64,000 bases of DNA, taken from assembly GCA_963772365.1 (NCBI GenBank), contig CAVYXA010000003.1:288001-352000 (forward strand). Reading direction: 5' to 3'. The notes under the pieces were generated by a model. That model made no database searches. It was not told where the DNA came from and saw only the letters and a list, made by a program, of their open reading frames with translations. The position numbers were made by a program, and so were the translations under genes. Every line of letters starts with the position of its first letter. Position 1 is the first letter of the stretch. Source of the stretch: an uncultured Verrucomicrobiae bacterium. Lineage in GTDB: Bacteria > Verrucomicrobiota > Verrucomicrobiia > Chthoniobacterales > UBA10450. Shown here piece after piece: positions 40,992 to 50,238 of this stretch.

Positions 40992-42713
40992 CTAACGCGC
41001 TGTCTTTTTCGCTTCTTTCGCCCACGCGTCTTTCAGCGTAATCGTGCGATTCCAGATTTGTCGATTGTCCGTGGAATCAGGATCGAGAGCGAAATAGCCG
41101 AGGCGCTCGAATTGGTAGCGTTCTTCAGCGCGCGCATTCGCGAGGGCCGGCTCGCATTTGGCGGTGACCACTTCCAACGAGTCCGGATTGATGAACGACT
41201 TGAAATCGCGCGGTGACCCTGTCACGCCGGAGCCTTCGGCGGAGGCGGAATCTGGCTCGGGGACGCTGAACAATCGATCGTACAATCGAACCTCTCCATC
41301 GATCGCATGCGCGGCGCTGACCCAGTGGATCGTGCCTTTGACTTTGCGGTTTGATGTCGCGCCGCCGGATTTACTCTCAAGATCGACAGCGCATCGCAGC
41401 TCCGTCACATTGCCTGCGCTGTCTTTCACGACTTCATCGCACTTGATGATGTAAGCATATTTCAATCGCACTTCGCCTCCCGCCCTCAATCGAAAAAATT
41501 TCGGCGGTGGTGATTCCATGAAATCATCGCGATCGATGTAAAGCTCGCGACTGAACGGAAGTTTGCGAACTCCTGCATTCGGATCTTCGGGATTATTGAT
41601 CGCATCCAGCTCTTCGGTTTTTCCTTCTGGATAATTTGTCAGCACAATTTTAATCGGCCGCAGTACGACGAGCCTTCGCGTAGCCGTGCGATTGAATTCA
41701 TCTCGCATCGTGTGCTCAAGCACGGCCATGTCGGTCATGCTCGGGTATTTTGTAATGCCAATGTTGTAAGCGAATGTGCGCAACGCGCTCGCGGTCACGC
41801 CGCGCCGGCGCAGACCAGAGATGGTGAGCATGCGCGGATCGTCCCAGCCGTTCACGAGCTCTTCATTCACGAGCTGTATCAGCTTACGTTTGCTCATCAC
41901 CGAATAAGTGAGGTTGAGCCTGGCGAACTCGTATTGATGCGGGCGCGGCTCGGTGATTTCGAGCGCGTCGAGAATCCAATCGTAAAGCGGACGATGCACT
42001 TCAAACTCGAGTGTGCAGACTGAGTGCGTGATTCCCTCGATATAATCGCTGAGCGTGTGCGCCCAATCGTACATTGGGTAAATGCACCATTTATCACCGG
42101 TCCGATGGTGGGACGCGTGGCGGATTCGATACAGCACCGGATCGCGCAGCCACATGTTCGGCGCCTGCATGTCGATTTTCGCTCGCAGTGTCTTGGCGCC
42201 GTCGGGGAATTCGCCCGATTTCATGCGCGAAAAAAGATCGAGAGTTTCTTCAATCGGACGATTCCGAAACGGGCTTTCTTTGCCGATACGTCGGTATTCA
42301 TCCGTTTGCTCGGGCGTCATTTCGTCCACGTAAGCTTTGCCTTTGCGGATAAGATCGACAGCGTAATGGTAAAACTTGTCGAAGTAATCCGACGCATAGA
42401 AGGGCGAGCCGCCGACGGTTTTGTCAGCCCAGCCATCAATCAGCCAATGGACGTCAGCCATAATGGATTGGACATACGCGGTTTCCTCCTTCGTCGGATT
42501 CGTGTCGTCCATTCGGATGTTGTAAATCCCGCCGAACTCGCGGGCGATGCCGAAATTGAGGCAGATCGATTTTGCGTGCCCAATGTGCAGATAGCCGTTC
42601 GGCTCCGGCGGAAACCGGGTCACGATCTGTTTGTATTTCCCCGTGCGAATGTCCTCCGCGACGACGTCGCGAATAAAATCCGAAGGAGCGGCTGTCTCGG
42701 TGGATTCCGTCAT
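40992..42713 (-). CDS. glnS: Glutamine--tRNA ligase
   Basis: TRFPPEPNGYLHIGHAK, DDTNP, IYPMYD, MSKRKL, GWDDPR, QFERLGYF. Confidence 0.97.
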   Translation of the reverse strand: MTESTETAAPSDFIRDVVAEDIRTGKYKQIVTRFPPEPNGYLHIGHAKSICLNFGIAREFGGIYNIRMDDTNPTKEETAYVQSIMADVHWLIDGWADKTVGGSPFYASDYFDKFYHYAVDLIRKGKAYVDEMTPEQTDEYRRIGKESPFRNRPIEETLDLFSRMKSGEFPDGAKTLRAKIDMQAPNMWLRDPVLYRIRHASHHRTGDKWCIYPMYDWAHTLSDYIEGITHSVCTLEFEVHRPLYDWILDALEITEPRPHQYEFARLNLTYSVMSKRKLIQLVNEELVNGWDDPRMLTISGLRRRGVTASALRTFAYNIGITKYPSMTDMAVLEHTMRDEFNRTATRRLVVLRPIKIVLTNYPEGKTEELDAINNPEDPNAGVRKLPFSRELYIDRDDFMESPPPKFFRLRAGGEVRLKYAYIIKCDEVVKDSAGNVTELRCAVDLESKSGGATSNRKVKGTIHWVSAAHAIDGEVRLYDRLFSVPEPDSASAEGSGVTGSPRDFKSFINPDSLEVVTAKCEPALANARAEERYQFERLGYFALDPDSTDNRQIWNRTITLKDAWAKEAKKTAR

Positions 42714-42774
42714 CGTAATCGTGCGACAGTAGCAGACGAACCATTAGATCGACAACTCGCGTCGGAAGGATTGG

Positions 42775-42914
42775 GTAGCGCGTGCGTCTCGCGTGCTGGC
42801 GAAGCCGTCCTCGGGTTCGCGAACTTTTCTACAATTTTCGAGGAAGAACACAGTGCAAGGGAGAAGTCCGTTTCGGCGTGACGCCGAAACCAGGAGGCGA
42901 GACGCGTGTGCTAC
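42775..42914. repeat. GTAG-bounded long palindromic element
   Basis: GTAGCGCGTGCGTCTCGC...GCGAGACGCGTGTGCTAC arms with internal TTTCGGCGTGACGCCGAAA hairpin. Confidence 0.8.
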
Positions 42915-42933
42915 AGGATGCCCGCTCGTTTAT

Positions 42934-43497
42934 TTAGCCCGGGGAGATCGGCGGCGCCGCTGGAGCCGGCTTCTTTTTGGCCGCCGCTTCCGCGAGCTTT
43001 CCATCGACATCGGCGGCATCGGTCGGGCAGATGGCGTGATAATACTCATTCGACTTCGACAAATCACCTTTGCGCATCAGCAATGCATCGAAACGTTCGC
43101 GTGTGCTTAGCTCAAACACCTTGTCCATCTTGATCGCTTCAAACGGGCAAACTTCGACGCAAATCTGGCAGCTCATGCAAACCGAGATGTCGATGTCGAA
43201 GATCGCCGGATAAAATTGCGGTTTGCCCATGTAGTCCGGCTTCTTGTCGTCACTCTTGACGATATAAATGCATTGCGGCGGACATTCCTTCTCGCAAATC
43301 TTGCAGGCGACACAGCGAAGTCCGGCCTGGGAATTGTCGCCGTCGTAAATCAAAAATGGAAAGTTGCGGTAGTTCTCCGGCAGCGGAATGCGTTCCTCGG
43401 GATATTGCACCGTGATCAGGCGCTCCTTCTCGAAATAACTGCCTGCGAAGTTCCGCAGCGTCACCGCCATTCCTTTGAGTATGCCCGTGCCAATCAT
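42934..43497 (-). CDS. nuoI: NuoI-like 2x[4Fe-4S] subunit
   Basis: TVQYPEE, CVACKICEKECP, CMSCQICVEVCP; no other nuo genes adjacent. Confidence 0.85.
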   Translation of the reverse strand: MIGTGILKGMAVTLRNFAGSYFEKERLITVQYPEERIPLPENYRNFPFLIYDGDNSQAGLRCVACKICEKECPPQCIYIVKSDDKKPDYMGKPQFYPAIFDIDISVCMSCQICVEVCPFEAIKMDKVFELSTRERFDALLMRKGDLSKSNEYYHAICPTDAADVDGKLAEAAAKKKPAPAAPPISPG

Positions 43498-43685
43498 GTT
43501 CAGTTCTTTTACCTCAACGACTGAATAGCGCAACAATCGCTATTGGTTGGCGACGGCTGTATGGCTTCGGTTGTCGGACGATGGACAGCTCGTCACTCGA
43601 AAGCTTCTCCAGCATTCCAGTGGCATACGAGCGGCGGCCATTAGCAAGCTGGCCGACGATGAAACCGACCAGCCAAGGGAAAATC

Positions 43686-44063
43686 GATGGAGACCGGATC
43701 GGAGCGCGCATTTAGGATACAGGCGCCTTCGCAAAGTCGATCTTGCGGACAAACCCGACTGCAAATCTCCGGCATGTTGCTGGTGGAACGAGAGAGCTCG
43801 GCGGCTTCGAGAAAACGTCCCTCGGCGGTGAGCGCGAGCCATTCGGGAATTCGATTTGCCAACGGGCAGCTGTTTTTCGCGCAGGGCGGATCGGGACAAT
43901 TGATGCAGCGACTGGCCTGAGCGCGCACCGTTGCCTCATCGAAGAGCCCGTAGATTTCATCGAAATCGCAGATGCGTTCGGCCACATCGCGCTTCGGCGG
44001 CGTCTCGCGTGCGATGTAACGCCAGTTGTGCTTCGCCGGCCAGGGCGGTGTCGCTGTTTGCAT
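43686..44063 (-). pseudogene. 5' fragment of a GltD/NfnB-like Fe-S oxidoreductase
   Basis: QASRCINCPDPPC, CPLANRIP, CSRVCPQDRLCEGAC, ending at PVSI; the FAD/NADPH domains are missing. Confidence 0.85.
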
Positions 44064-44227
44064 CGACCTCAATATTCGCACGACCGGCGCCGCTGCCTAC
44101 GCGCCAGTTGCTAAACATTGTGCATTGATTGACCGGCTACGGCTCAGAGAGACAATTCCGTGCTTGTAACAACTACACTCTTTGGTGAACGAATGGATTT
44201 GAATCCGTGGGAACGATCTGAATACCA

Positions 44228-44515
44228 ATGCACGTCATCACCAGAAAACGTTTGAATGAATTCGCGGACGAGCATCCAGACACCAGATCATCACTCGCGC
44301 GCTGGTATGCGGTCATGCGGAAAAGTCGCTTTGCGAATTTTGCTGAGTTGCGTGCCACCTTTCCGCATGCCGATCAAGTCGGCAAGTTCACGGTCTTTAA
44401 CATTGGCGGAAACAAGGTTCGACTGGTCGCCGCTGTGCACTATAATAGAAACAAGATCTATATCCGCGACGTGCTAACGCATGGCGAGTATGACGCTGGT
44501 CGCTGGAAAGAATAA
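44228..44515 (+). CDS. higB: HigB-family toxin (RelE superfamily)
   Basis: MHVITRK...W...ADQVG, VFNIGGNKVRL, VLTHGEYD. Confidence 0.9.
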   Translation: MHVITRKRLNEFADEHPDTRSSLARWYAVMRKSRFANFAELRATFPHADQVGKFTVFNIGGNKVRLVAAVHYNRNKIYIRDVLTHGEYDAGRWKE

Positions 44516-44516
44516 C

Positions 44517-44744
44517 ATGTCCGTAGCCGAGATCGAAAAAGTCGCAAAGGCATGGCCGCCCATCTCCCATGCCGTGCGCGTCCCGCACACTGATGCGGAT
44601 TATGAAGAGCTCGTAGAATTGCTCGACCGAGTGATCGATGAAGTCGGCGAGGACGAAAATCATCCTCTGGCTTCATTGATGGACGTACTCGGCGTTTTGA
44701 TCGAGAAATATGAGGACGAGCGCGTGCCCGAATTGACGGAGTGA
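44517..44744 (+). CDS. Short HigA-like antitoxin lacking the HTH domain
   Basis: Acidic 75-aa protein 1 nt after higB; DEVGEDENHPLASLMDVLGVLIEKYE motif. Confidence 0.75.
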   Translation: MSVAEIEKVAKAWPPISHAVRVPHTDADYEELVELLDRVIDEVGEDENHPLASLMDVLGVLIEKYEDERVPELTE

Positions 44745-44820
44745 TTTGCAGCCTGGAAGGATATCCCGCGTTTTAGATCTGCACCGCGGGCGAGATCAGT
44801 GATCCCTCGCTTGGAGAGCA

Positions 44821-44864
44821 AGCCGGATAAAATGTCACTGAGGCGTTCTCGACCTCGGCAACCA
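44821..44864. repeat. Direct repeat copy A (remnant of clp 3' end)
   Basis: 38/44 identical to 46377..46420 by manual alignment. Confidence 0.85.
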
Positions 44865-44948
44865 GCTACGAACCCAGTGCATTCCAGGCTCCGGCTCTGA
44901 TTTGGCGGTGTGAGCTGCTGGGCAACGCGTTCTCCGCCGCGCGGATTT

Positions 44949-44987
44949 TGGTTGAAAATCAACCACTATCTGGTTGAATATCCACCA
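44949..44987 (+). promoter_or_regulatory. Tandem palindromic operator-like site
   Basis: TGGTTGA-AAA-TCAACCA and TGGTTGA-ATA-TCCACCA, 22 bp apart; the second ends on the A of the ATG. Confidence 0.65.
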
Positions 44988-46243
44988 TGAAACGGCGGAA
45001 TCTCATGCCTCAAATTTTGGCCGCATTACGGGACACGCCGGTTGTATATCTGCAAGGACCGCGGCAGGCGGGCAAGTCCACGCTCGCCCAGGCGCTGTGG
45101 GACGACGGTTACGAGGCGGAGTATTTCACGCTGGATGAGGCCGTCACCCTGGCAGCGGCGCAAAGCGACCCGGACGGTTTCGTCGCCGGGCTGCCAGAAC
45201 GCGTAATCCTCGACGAAGTGCAGCGCGCCCCTGAGTTGTTCCGCGCCATCAAACGCAGTGTGGACGCGAATCGCAAGCCAGGACGTTTTCTCCTCACCGG
45301 GTCAGCGCAGGCGCTCGTGTTGCCAAAACTATCCGAGTCGCTGGCCGGGCGGATGGAGGTGTTGACGCTCTGGCCGTTCTCGCAGGGCGAAATTGCCGTA
45401 CGGCGAGAAGGTTTCGTGGACGCTTGTTTCGCGCGAGAGTTCAAGCCAGGCGCGTTCCGCAACACGGGTTGGCCGTTGCTGACGGAGCGCATCGTGACCG
45501 GCGGGTATCCTGAAGTGGTGAGCCGCACGGAAGCCGCACGGCGGCAGGCATGGTTTGGCTCTTATATTACCACGATTCTCGAACGTGACGTGCGCGACCT
45601 CGCGAATGTTGCCGGTCTGCGCGATCTCCCGCGCCTGTTGCGGCTGGCAGCCTCGCGAACGATGGGTTTACTGAACTTTGCCGATTTATCGCGTGACGCA
45701 GCCATGCCGCAGACGACGCTGCAACGTTACTGGGCACTGTTCGAGGCGACGTTTCTGGTGCGCCCGCTGCCGCCGTGGCACGGAAACCTCGGCTTGCGCC
45801 TGGTCAAGACGCCGAAGGTTTTGCTCGCTGACACCGGGCTGCTGTGTCACCTGCTCGGCCTGGATGCAGCGCGGTTGCAGGCGGACGACCTGATGACCGG
45901 CGCGGCTTTAGAATGTTTCGTGGCGTGCGAGTTGACCAAGCAAATCGCCTGGAGCAAAACCCGTCCGGGACTTTTTCACTACCGGACGCACACACAACAA
46001 GAGGTAGATTTCGTGTTGGAAGATGCGCGAGGGCGGTTGGTCGGAATTGAGGTGAAGAAGACGGCCAGCCCGACCAGCAGCGACTTCAAGGGGCTGCGTC
46101 ATCTGGCCCACCAGACCGGCAAACGCTTTCTGCGCGGCATTTTGCTCTACACCGGGTCGGCGACTGTGGCATTTGGCCCGGACCTTCACGCGTTGCCGGT
46201 GAGCGCGCTTTGGGAGATGGTGGCCGCGTCGGTTAAGCATTGA
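44987..46243 (+). CDS. AAA_14 ATPase with DUF4143 (wHTH plus PD-(D/E)XK-like C-terminus)
   Basis: GPRQAGKST Walker A, ILDEVQ Walker B, LLTGS, ESLAGR, GGYPE, EVDFV...IEVK. Confidence 0.9.
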   Translation: MKRRNLMPQILAALRDTPVVYLQGPRQAGKSTLAQALWDDGYEAEYFTLDEAVTLAAAQSDPDGFVAGLPERVILDEVQRAPELFRAIKRSVDANRKPGRFLLTGSAQALVLPKLSESLAGRMEVLTLWPFSQGEIAVRREGFVDACFAREFKPGAFRNTGWPLLTERIVTGGYPEVVSRTEAARRQAWFGSYITTILERDVRDLANVAGLRDLPRLLRLAASRTMGLLNFADLSRDAAMPQTTLQRYWALFEATFLVRPLPPWHGNLGLRLVKTPKVLLADTGLLCHLLGLDAARLQADDLMTGAALECFVACELTKQIAWSKTRPGLFHYRTHTQQEVDFVLEDARGRLVGIEVKKTASPTSSDFKGLRHLAHQTGKRFLRGILLYTGSATVAFGPDLHALPVSALWEMVAASVKH

Positions 46244-46364
46244 AAACATTTTGCGCGAGCTTGAAACGGTTTTGTCCAATCCGTCGAAGCAGTCACCGAT
46301 TACGAACGGCACCGATCCGACCTCGCTCAAGACGCGTCCTGGATTTCCGGAAGGACTTACATGC

Positions 46365-46790
46365 TCACTCCATTGGAGCCGGATAAAATGTCATGGATCC
46401 ATTCTCGACCTTGGCAACCAATTCCTGATATGGCTTGATGCGCTCATGAAGGATCGCTTTCGCTAACGGCTGTGCGATCAACTGCTCGATGGCGCGTTCC
46501 ATTTGGCGCGCGCCGAACTCGTCGCTGTAGCCCTTTTCCATCAGTAGCGAATAGGCTGATTCGTCCATGGTGAGCCGCAGATTCTGCTCGCCCAGGCGAG
46601 CGTTTAATCGGCCGATAAACCTATCGATTATTTCTCGAACATCCGCGCGACTGAAAGGATTGAAAATTATGGTTCGGGAAAATCGATTCACTAGTTCTGG
46701 ACGAAGGTCGCGCTTCATCGCTTCCATGACCCGCGCCCGCAAGTCTTCGATCCGATTTTCGGCTTCGGATTTGGCTCCACGACCCTTGTG
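46365..46790 (-). pseudogene. 3' fragment of a ClpA/B/C-family ATPase
   Basis: RPELVNR...IIFNP, GYSDEFGARQMERAIEQ (D2-small domain); no upstream coding continuation. Confidence 0.85.
46377..46420. repeat. Direct repeat copy B (within the clp 3' end)
   Basis: Matches 44821..44864. Confidence 0.85.
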
Positions 46791-46859
46791 TGAAACTCAA
46801 AACGGCACGCAATGGACTGAAAACTGCTTCGCTAGATCGGTTAGACTCGAACTCTGATC

Positions 46860-47171
46860 ATGAATCCCACATCCTGTTGGTCAGCCAATGAATGGGCCTT
46901 ACTTCTCGCAATCGTGATGCCTTACTTAGCGATGGCAGCTATGTATTTTGCGATGATCAAGGCGAATCGGAATACAACTGGTGAGATCAAGTTCATTCTC
47001 CCACCGAAGACCACATTCAAAATAGTGGCTGTAATTATGATTGTTCAAGCCACACTGCTTTTAGCGGTTCAGAAGATTTTGGAGCCGAGCGCCGTGGCAG
47101 CTCTGATTGGTGCGGTTGCGACAGCAACGATCGGAATGAGGAGTGTGAATGAAGACCCCGATCGAAAATAG
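46860..47171 (+). CDS. Small hypothetical membrane protein (about 3 TM)
   Basis: 103 aa with three hydrophobic segments. Confidence 0.6.
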   Translation: MNPTSCWSANEWALLLAIVMPYLAMAAMYFAMIKANRNTTGEIKFILPPKTTFKIVAVIMIVQATLLLAVQKILEPSAVAALIGAVATATIGMRSVNEDPDRK

Positions 47172-47195
47172 AAAACAGCCTAACCGCGATCGGTT

Positions 47196-47513
47196 GTGAG
47201 GGAGTGTCAGATTCTACATGAGGTCTCGGAGGCGTTGGCGCGCCGCCGAGAACAGATTTTTCGAGCGACACTTTTGGATAAAGACGGCCAGCCTCTTTCG
47301 ACTGGAAAAGCAATTCTTGAGGGCGATCCCCTACATGGAACGTTTTGGCCGGATCGCCCAGACAGCGTGGACATTCCGCCATCTGGCGCAGTGGCTCTGC
47401 ATCGCTCAGGTTTGGCCCCCGTTCGTCTAACTAACTTTCGCCGGTGCAGGGTACGCTCTTCGGCAATTCATCATCACTTTCGAGTTGAAAAATCTTGCCT
47501 AATGAAGCCCTGA
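47196..47513 (+). CDS. Hypothetical protein
   Basis: 105-aa ORF, no recognised motif. Confidence 0.4.
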   Translation: MRECQILHEVSEALARRREQIFRATLLDKDGQPLSTGKAILEGDPLHGTFWPDRPDSVDIPPSGAVALHRSGLAPVRLTNFRRCRVRSSAIHHHFRVEKSCLMKP

Positions 47514-47754
47514 GATTGGGTTCGTTAAGCCCTTTTCCGCTTTCGGGCCGTGCTTCATTTTATGCTCGCGACCAGGTTGTCGATCTTGATGCTGAGGCAG
47601 GTGAAGTCTCTTTTCCTTTGGCCTGCCAACGAAATTCCCTTTTCAGGCAATGATCACACATTTCGGCAATGCGCCTGCTCGAAGGCTTCGCGCCTTCTCG
47701 GTACGAGTGATGCTTTCACATTTCGAATATCACCGCGCGATGTAGCGAGGCGCA

Positions 47755-48021
47755 ATGAAACTCATAATTGGAACCGCAATCTTCCTGTTAATCGGTATCC
47801 TCGGCGCGGTGGGTCATTACGCATCGATTGGTCGTAGTCCACTGACAATGCTGAACACGGACACTGTAAGCTTCTGCGTCGCTATGTTGCTGGTCGCGAG
47901 CTTCGCAAACTTGTTACCAAAATGCGTCGAGGTGCGACTCGACGGAGGCCGGCCATTTCGGCTCCCAGTGCAAGTGCTGTTCATTGGGGGAATGTGGTTG
48001 ATTGCCACGCTGCTCAAATAG
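47755..48021 (+). CDS. Small hypothetical membrane protein
   Basis: 88 aa, three hydrophobic segments, GAGG upstream of ATG. Confidence 0.55.
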   Translation: MKLIIGTAIFLLIGILGAVGHYASIGRSPLTMLNTDTVSFCVAMLLVASFANLLPKCVEVRLDGGRPFRLPVQVLFIGGMWLIATLLK

Positions 48022-48170
48022 TCGGGGGGAATTGGGGTCATAATTTTTTCTATCGTTCATAGCTATTGCGGTATCAGGACGTTCACGTCTGAGTTTAAGC
48101 GAACGCAGGATTTCACAATATCGCGTGTCACTGCCATTCGTGTTGTTTCTGAACTTGCTGTTGGATGCTG

Positions 48171-50066
48171 CTATATTTTTTGCCCGCCGGATAGAGCGGT
48201 CGAAATCTGTGGCTGCGGTCCCTGCGAGGAAATGCTGGCTGCACTGAAACTTCGCCAGCGCTCCAGCGGCATCGACGCGACTACCATCAAAGCGAGTTGG
48301 CTGATCATGAACCCAACCAACCACGGAAATGCTTTCTGCATGAATCCGTAGGAATGGAGACCGACGCCGAGCATGTTGACTCCAAACCAGGAAAAACTCG
48401 TCACGACATTGCCGAAGATCGCCATGACCATTAGCCCACGCTGCTTAATGAATCCGCCCCAGCGCGCATGCAAAATGATTGCGCACCAGAGAACGATCAG
48501 CACGGCGCCATTCTCTTTCGGGTCCCAGCCCCAGAAACGGCCCCACGATTGATCAGCCCAGATCCCGCCGAGCACGGTGCCGACAAAGCTGAACAGGGTA
48601 GCAAAACAAACCACGCCATACGTCATGCGAGCGAGCGAACGGGCCGTTTCCTTTGTGAGCGAACGCGTGAATACACCACGAATGATGTAAATAATAGCCA
48701 GCATCCCCGCCAGGAACATTGCCGCGTAACCGGTGGTAACAACGACCACATGTGTCGCCAGCCAGATATTCGTATCGAGCACTGCCTGCAGCATCTCGAG
48801 TGTGTCACCGCTGCCAGCCAGGTGATGCGCGATGATCAACGTAATGAAACCGATGGCGCCCGCGCAGGCCGCACCGATGCCGTCGCGATAGATTCTTTCC
48901 AGAATCAGCGCCACGATCACTGCGCCCCAGCCAATGAAAATTGCGGATGAATAGAGATTGGTTACTGGCGGGCGCTCTTGAAGATACATTCGTGAGATCA
49001 AACCAAATGTGTGAATGGCGAGCGCGAGTAATAAAACGTAAAACGCTGAACGCCTGAGCGGACCACTCCAGCCCAGCCACGATGCGCACGCCAGGAGTAA
49101 AGCCAGTACGTAGAGCGCCATGCTTTGGTAAAATGGCTGAAGCCGGTTGAACAAAAACTCGAACGACGCACGCTTGGTCGCGCTCGGCTCGTTTTTCGTG
49201 AACCATTTCGACATAAGATCGACATGTTCGTTGAACAATGCACGATCCCCTTTTCGGTAGGCGTCGCCGATGATTGCGTACTCGAGAACAATCGGGTGAA
49301 GCTGGCCGGTGCCGATCGAACGCAAAAGGCTATCACCGACCCGGTGCCATTCGCCCTTCGGTTGCACCGGAGGCACCGCGAGAATATAGGCCATTTCCGA
49401 TAATCTTTCGTAGCGTTGAACGAGCGTAGCGACATCGTCGAGCTGTGCCTTGTCGAAAGCTTCGCCCGCCGCGCGCTGGCTGGCCGCATGGGCGGCGCCC
49501 GGGACCGCTTGTTCGAAAGCTTGAAGTTCCGCCGTGAAATTCTCCGCATCTTCCGGCTGGATGCTATTCTTGAGGCGCTGGTATAGAACAATGCCGTTGC
49601 GCAGATTCAGGATGGCGTTTTGATAGGCCGAGCGCTGGACCGACTCGAGCTTGTCCGATTGCGCGCCTTCTTCGTCGATCTTTTTCAGAAACGGACTGAA
49701 CTCAGCGAAACTGAAATATTTGCGGTTGCTTTGTTCCCAGCCAAACAGGCCGAGAACCTCGGCATTATCGACACGGAATACCGGATACTGATCCGCGACG
49801 GAGGAATTGAAGAGAACGTCGGTCAGCCATTGCATCGCGCTGAGATGGCGGCCGTTGTCCAGATTGAGCGTCTGTTTCCCATGGATGATCAACAGCGAAT
49901 TGCGCGCGACGGTATCGAGCGGCTTCATCCGTCCGCCCACCAGCACGGAAATCTTGCTGAGCTTGCTAACATCGACATCGCCTTTGCTGGCCGGGTGCGG
50001 CCAAAAGTTGGCCGCGACCCAGCTTGCGGCGAATAGCAAAACAATTAAGGGGAGAAAACGTTTCAT
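48171..50066 (-). CDS. ccsA: Cytochrome c biogenesis protein CcsA/ResC with large periplasmic N-terminal domain
   Basis: GRMKPLDT, PPVTNLYSS, WLATHV, WADQSWGRFWGWDPKE (WWD domain), GLHSY. Confidence 0.92.
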   Translation of the reverse strand: MKRFLPLIVLLFAASWVAANFWPHPASKGDVDVSKLSKISVLVGGRMKPLDTVARNSLLIIHGKQTLNLDNGRHLSAMQWLTDVLFNSSVADQYPVFRVDNAEVLGLFGWEQSNRKYFSFAEFSPFLKKIDEEGAQSDKLESVQRSAYQNAILNLRNGIVLYQRLKNSIQPEDAENFTAELQAFEQAVPGAAHAASQRAAGEAFDKAQLDDVATLVQRYERLSEMAYILAVPPVQPKGEWHRVGDSLLRSIGTGQLHPIVLEYAIIGDAYRKGDRALFNEHVDLMSKWFTKNEPSATKRASFEFLFNRLQPFYQSMALYVLALLLACASWLGWSGPLRRSAFYVLLLALAIHTFGLISRMYLQERPPVTNLYSSAIFIGWGAVIVALILERIYRDGIGAACAGAIGFITLIIAHHLAGSGDTLEMLQAVLDTNIWLATHVVVVTTGYAAMFLAGMLAIIYIIRGVFTRSLTKETARSLARMTYGVVCFATLFSFVGTVLGGIWADQSWGRFWGWDPKENGAVLIVLWCAIILHARWGGFIKQRGLMVMAIFGNVVTSFSWFGVNMLGVGLHSYGFMQKAFPWLVGFMISQLALMVVASMPLERWRSFSAASISSQGPQPQISTALSGGQKI

Positions 50067-50103
50067 GGTGATCTGTCTAGCATCCATCGGCGTGCGTCTG
50101 CCC

Positions 50104-50210
50104 CTTCTCCCCTCGCTGGAGGGGAGAGGACTAAGGAGAGGGGTTCTTCAGCGCGGAGCGACCAATGCTTGCCAACCCTTACCCAACCCTCTCCCTTGCC
50201 AAGGGAGAGG
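50104..50210. repeat. Palindromic CCTCTCCC/GGGAGAGG element
   Basis: Two hairpins (CTCCCCTC-gctg-GAGGGGAG; CCTCTCCCTTG-c-CAAGGGAGAGG) in the resB-ccsA gap. Confidence 0.75.
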
Positions 50211-50238
50211 TGAATCTGTTGCGGCAAATAGATGCGTT

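Noticed and set aside
43498..43690. Remnant of the nuoH 3' end
   Set aside because: Only a short hydrophobic WLVGFIV stretch supports it; too weak to call
44865..44935. Extension of the clp remnant (ERVAQQL versus ERAIEQL)
   Set aside because: Spacing and frame do not match the clp copy; may be chance
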